The translations under genes were made by a program, and so were the position numbers. A stretch of DNA of 64,000 bases from Octopus bimaculoides (lineage: Eukaryota), in the NCBI RefSeq assembly GCF_001194135.2, contig NC_068981.1:143464870-143528869 (forward strand), given 5' to 3'. Shown piece by piece: positions 51,750-64,000 of the stretch (position 1 is its first letter; every line of letters starts with the position of its first letter). The notes beneath the pieces are model-generated. The model was not told the DNA's origin and searched no databases. It worked only from the letters and a program-made list of their open reading frames with translations.

Positions 51750-52550
51750 TTTTCACAAAAAGTCCTTGGAAAGCGTTTGAAATGGCTATAGTTCTGATAA
51801 ATTTTATCTGTTTCTAGACTTACATAGTCATATCTTTAGGATGGATTGATTGTTGCGTTTGTTGCTATCGCTTTATATTAGGACAGTGACCGTTTTAACT
51901 GAAGTACACATTAGACCCGGAATTCAATTATATTCACCGTTTCATTTGTACATACGTCAAGTATTTATTCCTGTTTGTGAGAACCGTATCTTGCCAGTAT
52001 GTTTATTCGAGCCTTTTCCTGTAGTCCAGAATTGCCTCCATTATTCACCATCTATTTTGTGGAACTATTCTCTACAGCATAAATTTGTTACTGCCTAATC
52101 AACTTTTGCTTCGTATTTTGGTACAGATCGTTTGAATTATCCTTTATTGTAAATTCACAGTGAGCTGTTGAGAGACAGTTGTACTTGAATAGGTAAAATA
52201 ACGCATTGTGCAATGAAGTTTTCAACTTTCACTTTTTCAATAACATCCGTAAATCCCATTAATCAGTACTTGCCTATTGGTACGTTTACATGCTTATCGG
52301 TTGCTATTGATCAGAACGGTTTTTAATTTTAGTATCTTTGTAGAATATTATTGGTGCTAGTTTATGTTTTGGAGTAATGCAGTTTGCGTTCAGCTTTATG
52401 AGATTTTTGGTAATGTGTACATCTATTCCTGCAGTTAAATTGCATTTCATTTATGCTAGACTTATATGTGGTTTGTATAAAGTTTTATAGGTGTGCCGTC
52501 TGATGCATATGTTCTGTTGTATTTGCGTCTCTATCTTCTAAGGCTTGATC
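51750..52550 (-). mobile_element. Possible very old Penelope-like RT remnant
   Basis: Minus-strand pieces PKHKLAPII, FTDVIEKVK, SVPKYEA, LCCRE*FHKIDGE*WRQ follow the order of PLE RT motifs; many stops. Confidence 0.28.
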
Positions 52551-53434
52551 TAATAATTGTTAGAACAGTCAGACAGATAACATACACTAATCAGAAGCCT
52601 AAATAAATACACGACTGATGACGTAAAACTCTAACAGTCAACAATTCAGTACTGCGTCTGATACTTATATTATTAATACCTTTTATCTCTTTTATCAAAG
52701 TGTCTTTGGTTTAAAAGGACGTAACGCAGCACACCAGTTTTACATCGACAGATCATGCATGCAGAAACACTACACGCACAAATACACGCATGCACACAAA
52801 ATCGTACAAACACGCACATATACATATGTATATACAAATTAAATACGATCTCCTGATATTATGCACACACGAGCGCACGTACACACACACACATACACGC
52901 GCATACACACTTACACACATAAACGCATACACACATACACACATACACACAAACACACACAAGCACACACACACACGTACACGTACATATGAATACGTGA
53001 GCGCACGAGTGTAAATAATGTCAGTAGATTGTATTTACGGAATAATTCTCCGATAAATATAGAGAACTCGATAATTTTGTTAGAGTAAATTTACTACCCA
53101 TATTAATTCAGTCTAGGTTATATCTCGTTTTCCATGGTTTCCTGCTCGGTGGAGAGCAAACCCTAGACGAAAGTTTGAATTCATTTCAAGAACTATCAGA
53201 AATGTTTTTTTTCCTATCCAACTCTGTTTGTTGGTTGCCACTGAGAATGGCAAGCTAAATAACGAGAAATAGAGTAGACTCCAATTAATATGTAGGCGAT
53301 GCGAGCTCTCAGATACACGCATACTTACATCCAAAGTAACTCAGAGATATATGAGTATACACGTGCTTGCTTGTCTCATGCGTATACACACAGAGACACA
53401 CGCACCGATTGATAGATTAGATTAGATAAACAGA

Positions 53435-53438
53435 CAGG

Positions 53439-53493
<55 letters not shown>
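53435..53493. repeat. (GATA)n microsatellite
   Basis: Direct reading. Confidence 0.97.
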
Positions 53494-53495
<2 letters not shown>

Positions 53496-53844
53496 GTGTC
53501 AAAGTTATCACTACAGATTTTCTATAGAAATTATAACCAGAACTGATTTTGTTAAGAGGTTTCGTATCCGATACGACAGATGTAAAGAGAAAAATGAGAT
53601 CGAAGATGAAAAAGTGGTAATGGGTGTATATGCCGTTTTTCGGGGATTTTTTGCTTTTTCAGTGGCCACCATCTAACCTATCAATCATCGACGAAGTCAG
53701 TTGGCTTTTTTAACAAATGAGCTCGTGGAATGGGGTAGATGGGTGGTGATGAAAGAGCAAATACCCCGGAAATATGGTATGTACGCCTGTTACCCATTTT
53801 TCCATCATCGATCTCTTTATATCTGACGTCCCGGAAGCGAGGTC

Positions 53845-54392
53845 CGGACCCTAGTAATACACTCATTTTCATACAGCCAATCAGAGCTCACCTAGAAAAT
53901 TCACATACTGTGTACAACTACAGCACAGCCAGTCAGGCATAGAATGGTGTATGACACTCTATGAATACAGCATTGCAGGTCTCACATAAGCACCACATCC
54001 CCCACATAAGTACCATCCTCATAGATCAATGGAGCATCATCTCTATATGGGGCTAATTTAGCAAAACGATACAACGATATTGATTACGATATTTCCAAAT
54101 TAACACCTACATTTTAAATTACAAATGTAAAAGATCAGTCAAAAAATTAGGAAACTACACTCATTTACCTTTTCTAGTAAGCTACGCAAATTAGCAACGC
54201 TTATGGCATCACCGGTGAGCAGCTCTCCATTCACTTTATATACTAAATATCATCCCTATTAACCCGTTTAGAACAGTTGGATTTTGCTATAACGCACATT
54301 TTCGACTGAACTCAACCAGAGTATTTTCGTGACTAGGTTTGATAATTCAGCTGTGATTGGCTGTGTGCAAATGAGTTCATAACTAGGGTCCG
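53845..54392. repeat. Unclassified inverted-repeat element (~44-bp arms containing CCAAT)
   Basis: 53845-53888 cggaccctagtaatacactcattttcatacagccaatcagagct versus the reverse complement of 54349-54392, cggaccctagttatgaactcatttgcacacagccaatcacagct. Confidence 0.75.
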
Positions 54393-55015
54393 AAACTCTC
54401 GCGTGGAAAAAAGATTTCGCGTCCAGGAAACGAAATGTTACAAAAACAGCTTTGGCAAATATTTCTATAGAATATCTGTAGGGTTGACGTTAACACGTGA
54501 TTTAAATGTACTGCTCACACAGTAGTATACAGTATTGACGTATAAAAATGTTTAATATACTTTATAGCATATTATGGTTGCATAACGAAAAACTGTGCGC
54601 CTACAAGTCATTAATATTTACATACAAGCTTCCAGAACTGTGTTTAATACGTAAATTGGTATATCAAATAACGTTACATGCGTATATGTAGAGGCTATAT
54701 AACCAATGTGTTCGTGGATCATTATTGGGTTACATGAGTGCTGACGAAGGAGAAAAAACTCTCGACCATCTTTTCTCATCTTCGATCACATTGTTTGTTT
54801 ACAGCTGGTGTCTTACATACGAAACGTCTCAACTAAATCAGATATCATTTCTATAGAAATACCGCCCCACAGGGTGTCGAATAATAATGAGGTGATAATA
54901 TGGTGGCCGAAATGGGGCAATGGATGTAAAAAAAACTGTAGTGATGACATTAACATGTTATTTAATTGCACTGCTAACACAGTAGTACACGGTATTCACG
55001 TTTAATATATTTGTA

Positions 55016-55073
<58 letters not shown>

Positions 55074-55238
55074 CTGTCTTTCTATGTGTGTGTATGTGTA
55101 TGTGTGTGCATACGTAGGAATCATTAATGCGTATAGGTGAGATAATACTCATCTCGTTCATAATATATCTTTCAACAAATGAAGAAAAGTTACAACATTT
55201 TCGCAGTTATCAGTGTTGCATACAGAAATCCATTAGAC

Positions 55239-55528
55239 TAGTGATTCCTAAAGTGGGTTGTACCACCACACTGGGTGCGGTGAAAAGATCCAGAGGGCGT
55301 CGGAGAAAAATGAGGCGATAATATAGTGACCAAAATGGGGCAATGGATGTAAAAACAAAACAAAGAAAAGAAAGGGTTAATTAGGTAAAGATTTGTAAAA
55401 TACTGTTGTTTTGAATTGCCTGGTCTATGTCTGTGATTGTGATTGAAGGGGAAAGGGCACTTGGAATGTGGCCTTGAAATGAAGGTGGGCGGGTGTGTTT
55501 GCAGCCTGAAAAGTTTGGGGAACCACTG
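55239..55528. mobile_element. hAT (Charlie-like) MITE with an 8-bp TSD
   Basis: Termini tagtgattcctaaag / aagtttggggaaccactg (CAGTGGTTCCCAAAC type); flanks cattagac / cattagtg. A second internal fragment lies at ~54860-54940 (aaatggggcaatggatgtaaaaa). Confidence 0.8.
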
Positions 55529-56599
55529 CATTAGTGCGTCGGACAAAATCTCTGTATGTTCTGAATTCAAACGTTTCTGAAATGAATTTTGCGTTTCAGG
55601 CATTATTACTCGATAAAATATATCACCAGTTAGTTACTGAGATCAAAATTAATCCATCATGCCCTTTTTTGTTAGGGATGAAATTACGTCTGTGTTAACA
55701 ATCAATATTTCTAGTTATTTCTCACATTTGCTGCTTATATATATAGTTAAGTACGTGGAAATAGAATGCATAAGATACACCATCCCGTTCTGATGATTTT
55801 CGGCGAAAGCAACAGCTCAGTGATATGACGGTGTTACAGTCGTGATCAATTTTTTTTAAGCAGGTTGTCGCCCTGCTCGAGAGTCTCACGAAAATATCGA
55901 ATGTAAGCGTCACAGTTCACTGATACCTGTTCACTGTTCATTCAGAAAAGTACAGTTAGGTGTTGTTGGAAAACAATATACATTTGCTTGGAATCTGAGA
56001 GTACGTGACACCTACGCTCTCATAGAGCTAATTGTGACTTGTCACAATTGCCTTTATGACAAATTATGCGATCTCAGTTCCACTCTACCGCATAGGACCA
56101 TTGGAAGACTTTCGTGTCTTCATGTTTCAGGTTACGTTCTCAAGCTGACACAATTCTCCTTTCGTGATTCGCGTTGCTTTAAGCGCCTCCTTTGCGATGT
56201 CTTTACTAAGCAATTAACTAGTTCTTCTTCTACATTGATTTTACAGCTATCATTCAAACAAAGCTGTTGGATGTTTCTCTAATATTCTCCTTATAGAGAT
56301 GCACCACAGTAACAATGGTTTATTTTAAGAACACCATGATATATCACTCACTTATCAGTGTTTTGTACATGCCAGTTGATCGAAATGATGGCGGGAATGA
56401 AGCCAGAATACGAAATTTTATTTATTCTTGTTAAAAATTATATTTTGAACGGATTCTACCAACAAAGAATTTGAATTGTATTGAAATGATAGCTCACCTG
56501 TATCAGTTATTCCCTGAAAATGTTTGATGGTGCCAGCAATCTGATTCAATCGATAGCACATTTAATGTTAATGCAGTGGAAATGTTTTACGGAGGTAGA

Positions 56600-57700
56600 A
56601 AATATTTGGGAAGCGGTGTAATATAGAGGAGAAATAGCTACTGAGGATTATTTTAGATATTTTCCCATTGAAACGGTATGTTATTCTGGGAGAATTATGC
56701 AAAAATACAGGACAACAGTCTTATATAAATATCATTTATGGACTATCTGAAGCATTCTGCAACATATTTACAAAAAACGGAAAGCAGAAATTAAAACTCT
56801 GGTTCATCTTGTACGTCTTTGTTGTGAATATACATGAATGATATTCGACATTTCAAAGTGTTGTTAACGTTAAACCAGATGCGGTAATCTTTTGAATATA
56901 TTTGGAATAAATATTAGGAATATATTAGTAATACATGATGTTGAAAGGGATGCGTCTAAATCCCTTGGAATCCTAATGTCACATCAGGAATTATCAGACA
57001 TGAAAAGCAAAATAGAGGCTATGTGCATAGAAAGCCTAAACCTAAATATCAGCAACCACCTTATTGATTCAGTTAATCGTTGCTAGGTCACTGTTGTTCA
57101 ATATGATATAGTAATTGTTTATTGAACCAAAATGAAAGAGGTTTGTTACACAAGTCTGCAGGAAAGATTATGACACAATATGACAGCTTTCATCCACGAT
57201 CCGATATGATAGTTTTTATTTATTTATTTTTTGCATGCGTTTCTGTTTAATACTAAGGTGGAAAGGAGATTATTAATAAGCATTGTGGAAAGAGAAGCAA
57301 AGAGAAAGAAGGAAGTCAGTTTTATATTTTGTTTTGCAAACAGAGGAAATAAACGTAGCCTAACTAAGGTAGCGCAAGTTGCCAACTTAGATAAGAATAA
57401 TATTGAAAAATAAGGCACAATACAGAGTTCGATTAGAATAAAATAACTCGGGCGTAAGAGAATATACGTCATGTATGGATAGTTTGCGAACCACACAAAA
57501 GAGTGTAACACGAACGAATTCTGTGCAAAAGAGATTTAAAGAAAGCAAACAGAAGCCTTAGAGTAGATAACCAAGATCAAGTATTCAATGCAAAATCTGT
57601 TAGAAATGATATCTGCCACCTTTGTAGAGAGAAAACTGAGAAGTGGCAGACTTGTGAATAGCTGCAAACTAAAATGTATTATAAACTATCACGATTGAAG
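56600..57700 (+). mobile_element. Decayed R4/Dong-type non-LTR retrotransposon: RT C-terminal half to the CCHC knuckle
   Basis: Pieces FMDYLK (from YMDDLK, ~56740), MIFDISKC, SLGIL, GKIMTQYDSFHPRSD, GG..LISIVE, QDQVFNAKSVRNDICHLCREKTE. Confidence 0.7.
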
Positions 57701-58609
57701 ATTGTATTAAGAATTCTGATTGCAAGTCAATGCCGAAAGTATAAATTTCAAGTCTTTAGAAAGTGTTAGAGACATTTAATTGAAAACCTTCTGTTAACAA
57801 AAAATACTATGAAACGCACACACACTATCAAATCTTCCCAAACATACGACACACGCGCCCTCACACGGGCACAGATATAATTCTTTGTTGGTACTCATAC
57901 ATATACATACACGCAAACCATAAAATTTTCTCTTGTTTGATATATTTATTAACGATTTTTATTTTATTTCGTGTAAATATCTTCCTCTTTGTGAACAAAT
58001 ACACTAGGGATTATATATAATAGAGAAAAAAGAAAGAATTAGAAAAAATAATTAACAAGAAACGCGGACGAAATGAAAATTTCAGAAGAAATTTAAAATA
58101 AATTAAAAGTAACATTTTAATGTACAAAAGTCTTTATTCGACATTAAAAACATTCTGTGAATTTAAGTGAAATTCTATCTGTTATTTGTGAATACCTACA
58201 ACTTTAATGTAACCAAGTAACCAGACAGTGAAACAATAAATAATTTGTTAGGCTCAATCAATAAATCGATATAGGTTGATATAATGAGAAACTTCTCATG
58301 CAAGCATAAACGTTTCTTGCCATCTTCTTTACAATAAGGACCAATACAGTAAAGGAAAGGTTTACTAATTTGCTGTTTGCTAAGGAGTGTCCTTGTTGTA
58401 TGGGGATATAATATAAAACTTCCTCGCCATTGCTGATTCATTAATTTGCTTGACTAAATTAGTTGCCCTCAACAATCACATCTGGAAAAACGACTTTTTT
58501 GATTTTGTTGTACATCCTAACACCCCGCCACACGAACAACCATACGTAAACATATACAAGCAGAGATACACATACTTGCATGCATTCAGACATTTATAGA
58601 AACAGACAG

Positions 58610-58612
58610 ATG

Positions 58613-58665
<53 letters not shown>

Positions 58666-58668
58666 ATG

Positions 58669-58727
<59 letters not shown>
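58610..58727. repeat. (GATA)n microsatellite
   Basis: Direct reading. Confidence 0.97.
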
Positions 58728-58728
<1 letters not shown>

Positions 58729-59844
58729 TGATAAAATTTATATGTGTTTCTAGTGTAGTATGTGGTAACCATAACATGGTATTATGGCGAGATAGACTCG
58801 GCTCAGTTAATATGCAACATGTGGTCAATGTTTGCAAGGAAAAGCATAAACCAGGACGGAGTTCTAGATGATTATCATTATGTTTGCTTTTATTAATAAT
58901 ATTCTTGTTCTTGCTATTTACGTCTATAACATCACTTATCGAGTAAACCCATAGCCTACGTTATAAAATATATCACTTAAAGTTTAAGAAAACAGTGCAA
59001 TTTGGTGAAAATATGACTACCTTTTCTGTACTTTAACGACGCATAACAAACCACCATGCGCATCGGTAGTTTTAATTCTAGTTCCAAATCACTAAGCAAG
59101 ATGTTTAGTGGAGGCCCAGTGATAGACAGTGAGGGAGTAACCATTTCACTGTCTAGTTAAATATCAGTCACTGAAAATTCTCTAGTCATTTCCTAATTCA
59201 TAGAATTATTACATTATAGGTAGTGGCCAGGAGACGCGCTGCAAGCAGGGCCCATTGTTTTAGTATTAATTAAAGCACAGATGAGTTATCATGTACGTTT
59301 CGTGATGTCTGGACTATAAAAGCTTTCTGATACAATCCTTGTATACCTCCCACACTCTGTTAGTTAACTGATAAAAAATAACTTTATTTATATAGCCTGT
59401 ACCGATATATATTATGAGGTAGAATAGAGTGTTTTCATAATAAACCGTCTTAAAGATGTTCGCAATACAACTACTCCACATATTTACTCTTACTAGATCC
59501 AAAATAGAAGACTGTGCTTATAGCTTCCCAGGTCCCTTGCACCGATGAAACTGATGTCATGAATGTTTCTCTTGCACTATTAAGTCAACAACTGCGGTGA
59601 CATATAAGCAAGGAAGACATTCAAGGCAGCCAGCATTCTTGGAAGAAATGCATAGGCGTAGTGACACATGGTAAGTGTGGTTAAACACATCAAGAAGGAG
59701 GAGAGGAGGAGAAACGAATGTGACAAAAATTTCTGATCGGTGGTGGCTAGAGATCAACCTACTTCAAAGAAGGAGTGCCATCTATTAGTAGTAGAAAGAT
59801 GAGACAATAAAATTGTGAGCCAGAGAATGGATCATATCTCTATA

Positions 59845-60706
59845 CGAGGTATGATCAATAAGTATCCGGACTGTTGCCATAGTAATGAATCTAAAGCACG
59901 CAGAGATAAAGCCGCTTGGAAAAAAGATTGACAGTAAACTTTATTGTGCATGCGCATTATGTTTCAGCGTCGTAGCTTACTTCTGCTGTTTACAGCAGTG
60001 ATTGGAAGGAACGTGTGTAGCGAGTGCTTTTCACATTGTCAACGACAGAGAGAGTTGTTATGGCGGTATCTTCTCAGAGGCCAATGCAAAGTTGCAGAAT
60101 GCGTATGGAGAGGAGTGTATGCGCCGCACACAAGTGTACGAGTGTTTCAGGCATTTCTAATATGACCGAAAAAAATCGATAGGGACGAACTTCAGAGAGA
60201 CCGGCAACCAGCAGAACAGAGAAAACATCGCAGGTGTATGTGCAGCCGTGAGGGAAAGTCATCGAATCCTTGAGATTAGTTATGATTTAGCTCAGTCCAT
60301 TATCACAGAAGATTTGGATATGAGACGCACGTCCGCCACGTTTGTGCCAAAATTGCTTCCAGCTGACCAAAGAGTGACTCGGATTTCAGTTGCACAAGAT
60401 CTCCTTCACTGTGTCGAGAACGATGAAAACTTATTGAAAACTTTGCGCAGAGCATGTATCGCCAAGCTTTTGGCAAAATTTTACTCGGATTCTCTGCTTG
60501 AATTTCTGTCATAGTCAATGCGAGAATCACACGCTACACATCTTCATTTTAAGCACTGCCGTAAATACCGAAAGTGAGCTAGAATGTTAAACCTTAGTGC
60601 GTATGCACAGCATTGTTCAAGGTCAATCTATGCCAAGCGGCTTTACTCTGCATGCGTTAACGTCGTTACTATGGCAACAGTCCGGATACTTATTGATCAG
60701 ACCACA
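59845..60706 (+). mobile_element. Internally deleted mariner (Tc1/mariner) with both TIRs and TA TSD
   Basis: TA|CGAGGTATGATCAATAAGTATCCGGACTGTTGCCATAGTAA ... TTACTATGGCAACAGTCCGGATACTTATTGATCAGACCACA|TA. Transposase pieces QNAYGEECMRRTQVYECF and ISYDLAQSIITEDLDMRRTSATFVPKLL (WVPxxL equivalent). The DDD catalytic domain is deleted. Confidence 0.93.
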
Positions 60707-61220
60707 TATATGTTCAAATATATGCCGTATATATAAATTACAATCATCGAATTTGTTTTATAGATTAGAAGACTATCGGAGTATGGTAATATAATAGACA
60801 ATGCGAGATACACATAAGTGTTGATAATATGATGGTGATAGATCCCGTGATAAGGCTAAGTATCGGCTCCGTAAGACACATAGAATCAATACACATGCTT
60901 CATGAGATTTTATTCTGGTACTGAGGATTTTCTTATCTCTATACATTCGTTATCATAGTGTCACCTAAATAATTTGTATAATATATGTGTACAAAATAGC
61001 GATTGCCGTGGCTTCCACTTAGCTAATGAAACAACAATGACTTGGCTATCATCATCATTCTAATTAGCATAATAAATATGTTAAATAGATAGCAGGCAAT
61101 ACCTATGTTGGCCAAGTACAATTTCTTACACCAGAGTTATTCTTTGTATATATCACGTTAAAGTTGAATTCCCACGGAAAATACGACTTATTTCCCTTTA
61201 CTATAAAATCACAATAATCC

Positions 61221-61432
61221 TTTCTACTATATATACAAGGCCTGAAATTGTAGGGGATGGGCTAGTCATATATATCGACCTTAGTACGCCACTGGTACTT
61301 ATTTTATCGCCCTCGAAAGAGATGAAAGGTAAAGCCGACCACGGTGGAATGTGAACTCAGAACGCAAAGACGGGCGAAATGCCACTAAGTACTTTTACCG
61401 GCGTGCTGACGATTCTGCTATCTTGCCACCTT
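61221..61432 (-). mobile_element. Family-B SINE with a perfect 15-bp TSD
   Basis: Family-B motifs; taaaatcacaataat at 61204-61218 and 61437-61451. Confidence 0.92.
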
Positions 61433-62107
61433 CGTTTAAAATCACAATAATAAATAGCTAAACGTGTGATGTGACGGAAAATGTCGCTGTTGCTTCTACA
61501 AATCCATGGCATCCTAAACCAAGCAAATGCCACAATTACTAGCAACCAGCACCAACAAGCACTCTAAGACCAACAAAACAACCACCATTTCTGTACTACC
61601 AGCAAAGAAACAAACGTCACCACTGCCATCATCACACCACTGATAAAAATAGACAATCCATACAAAATGCCTTATTATTTACATGTGGTAATTTTCGAGC
61701 ACAATATTTACATTCAGTTTTCGTTGACTTGTGCATGCATTAAATAATCACAATAATAATGGACATTTTATTTCTAAAAATATAAATTTTATTTTAATCA
61801 TCATGAATTATTCAACTTCCCAATGAAATAACCAGAAATATAAGGATACATGTATGTGGTATTATAAAACTATTGCAGTTCATATTTTCTGTAATTTGAA
61901 TGTCAGGTAATTTATTTATGCTTTTCAGGTATTTGAAAGAGCAGCATACAATAAAAATAACATAAATCAATATGAATTCATTTTCACTAATTTCATAGAA
62001 ATTTCAGCAGCGGCTAATAGTAAATGCTAGAAGCGGTGAGAATGGCTAAAGTAAATTCACATAGTTAATGTTCCCTTATAATCTTACACATTTACACTAT
62101 ATATGTG

Positions 62108-62265
62108 TGTACATTATTTACATTATTTACATTTGACGGATATTTGTCCCCATCTTGTTTGTTATTAACACAACGTTTCGGCTGATATACCCTCCAGCTT
62201 TCAACAGGTGTCTTGGGGAAATGTTGAACCTGGGTTCTCATTCCTAAGATATTTTTCGATGTTGT
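62108..62265 (-). mobile_element. Penelope-type terminal-repeat unit with a minimal hammerhead motif (62167-62212)
   Basis: Minus strand: GACAC CTGTTGA A AGCTG gagggtatat CAGCC GAAA CG TT GTGTT. Confidence 0.65.
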
Positions 62266-62283
62266 GGTTGTTGTTGTTGTTGT

Positions 62284-62300
62284 TATTATTATTATTATCA

Positions 62301-62355
<55 letters not shown>
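62284..62355. repeat. (ATT)n microsatellite bordering a gap; mirrored by (AAT)n/(AAC)n at 63181-63327
   Basis: Direct reading. Confidence 0.97.
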
Positions 62356-63179
62356 NNNNNNNNNNNNNNNNNNNNNNNNNNNNNNNNNNNNNNNNNNNNN
62401 NNNNNNNNNNNNNNNNNNNNNNNNNNNNNNNNNNNNNNNNNNNNNNNNNNNNNNNNNNNNNNNNNNNNNNNNNNNNNNNNNNNNNNNNNNNNNNNNNNNN
62501 NNNNNNNNNNNNNNNNNNNNNNNNNNNNNNNNNNNNNNNNNNNNNNNNNNNNNNNNNNNNNNNNNNNNNNNNNNNNNNNNNNNNNNNNNNNNNNNNNNNN
62601 NNNNNNNNNNNNNNNNNNNNNNNNNNNNNNNNNNNNNNNNNNNNNNNNNNNNNNNNNNNNNNNNNNNNNNNNNNNNNNNNNNNNNNNNNNNNNNNNNNNN
62701 NNNNNNNNNNNNNNNNNNNNNNNNNNNNNNNNNNNNNNNNNNNNNNNNNNNNNNNNNNNNNNNNNNNNNNNNNNNNNNNNNNNNNNNNNNNNNNNNNNNN
62801 NNNNNNNNNNNNNNNNNNNNNNNNNNNNNNNNNNNNNNNNNNNNNNNNNNNNNNNNNNNNNNNNNNNNNNNNNNNNNNNNNNNNNNNNNNNNNNNNNNNN
62901 NNNNNNNNNNNNNNNNNNNNNNNNNNNNNNNNNNNNNNNNNNNNNNNNNNNNNNNNNNNNNNNNNNNNNNNNNNNNNNNNNNNNNNNNNNNNNNNNNNNN
63001 NNNNNNNNNNNNNNNNNNNNNNNNNNNNNNNNNNNNNNNNNNNNNNNNNNNNNNNNNNNNNNNNNNNNNNNNNNNNNNNNNNNNNNNNNNNNNNNNNNNN
63101 NNNNNNNNNNNNNNNNNNNNNNNNNNNNNNNNNNNNNNNNNNNNNNNNNNNNNNNNNNNNNNNNNNNNNCTCTCACTCA

Positions 63180-63257
<78 letters not shown>

Positions 63258-63322
63258 TAATAATAATAATAATGATGATGATGATAATAATAACAATAAC
63301 AGCAACAACAACAACAACAACA

Positions 63323-63497
63323 ACAACACCGAAAATTGCCTGAGGAATGAGAACTTAGGTTTGAAATTTCCCCAAGAGACCTTATAATAGCCGGTGGGTA
63401 TATCAGCCGAAACGTTGTTAACAGCAAAATATATGAAGACAAATATCCGTCAAATGTAAATAATGTACATAATTCCTCATCTCTTAAATATAGAATT
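63323..63497 (+). mobile_element. Second copy of the Penelope-type terminal-repeat unit, inverted relative to the first
   Basis: ggaatgagaac...ccaagagac CTTATAA tagccg gtgggtatat CAGCC GAAA CGTT gtt...gacaaatatccgtcaaatgtaaataatgtaca aligns to the reverse complement of 62108-62265. Confidence 0.7.
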
Positions 63498-63564
63498 ATG
63501 TGTGTGTGTATGTGCATGCATGTATATGACGTGTGCGTGTATGTATGTATGTATGCGTTCATAT

Positions 63565-64000
63565 AGGCGCAGAAGTGACGGTGTGGTAAGTAGCTTGCTT
63601 ACCTACCACATGGTTCCGGATTCAGTCCCACTGCGTGACACCTTGGGCAAGTGTCTCCTACTGTAGCCTCGTGACGACCAAAGCCTTGTGAGTCGATTAG
63701 ACGGAAACTAAAAGACGGAAGATGGAATATACGAGAATTTGTTATTAATCACAACAATTCGTTTTATTATCCATTATATGCACATGTATGTATATGTATA
63801 TGTTTGAGTGTCTATGTTTGTCCAACCACTATCGCTTGACAACCGATGTTTGTGTGTTTATTTCTTTGTAACTTAGCGGTTCGGCTAAGCCTGATAGTTT
63901 AAGTACTAGGCTTACAAAGAATAAATCCTGGGGTCGAATTGTTCGATTAAAGGTGGTGCCCCAACATAATCGCAGTCAAATGACTGCAACAAATAAAGGA
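63565..64000 (+). mobile_element. tRNA-headed SINE, family A, running to the window end
   Basis: ggcgcagaagtgacggtgtggtaagtagcttgct...ggattcagtcccactgcgtgacaccttgggcaagtgtc... with the same core and tail as 51317-51737. Confidence 0.93.

Noticed and set aside
54735-54775. CTGACGA AGGAG aaaaaa CTCTC GACC
   Set aside because: GAAA is absent and there is no helix III.
55784-55830. CTGATGA ttttcggc GAAA GC AACA GCT C hammerhead-like string
   Set aside because: Helix II cannot form and helix I relies on wobble pairs, so this is compatible with chance.
58196-58481. 81-aa minus ORF with an acceptor-like site
   Set aside because: No recognisable domain, a weak donor, and a length expected by chance.

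Overview
AT-rich, repeat-saturated eukaryotic genomic DNA with 11 assembly gaps. The microsatellite load and SINE families look like a coleoid cephalopod, probably Octopus (inference). I found no intact, recognisable host protein-coding gene; almost all long ORFs in the supplied track are microsatellite or N-gap artefacts. The window is a graveyard of mobile elements: an internally deleted Helitron carrying a ~200-bp-arm inverted repeat, two RTE-type LINE remnants, two R4/Dong-type RLE retrotransposon remnants (one inside a (TAA)n tract), a deleted mariner with both TIRs, a Chapaev3-like transposase remnant, hAT-like and TTAA-flanked MITEs, and many tRNA-headed SINEs of three families. The most notable items are (i) a 5S rRNA-headed element that shares its 3' tail with the tRNA-headed SINEs, i.e. 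a candidate chimeric SINE3-type family, and (ii) several degenerate type I hammerhead-ribozyme motifs, including an inverted pair of Penelope-type terminal repeats around an 815-N gap. All protein and family assignments come from manual translation and recalled motifs, not from database searches.
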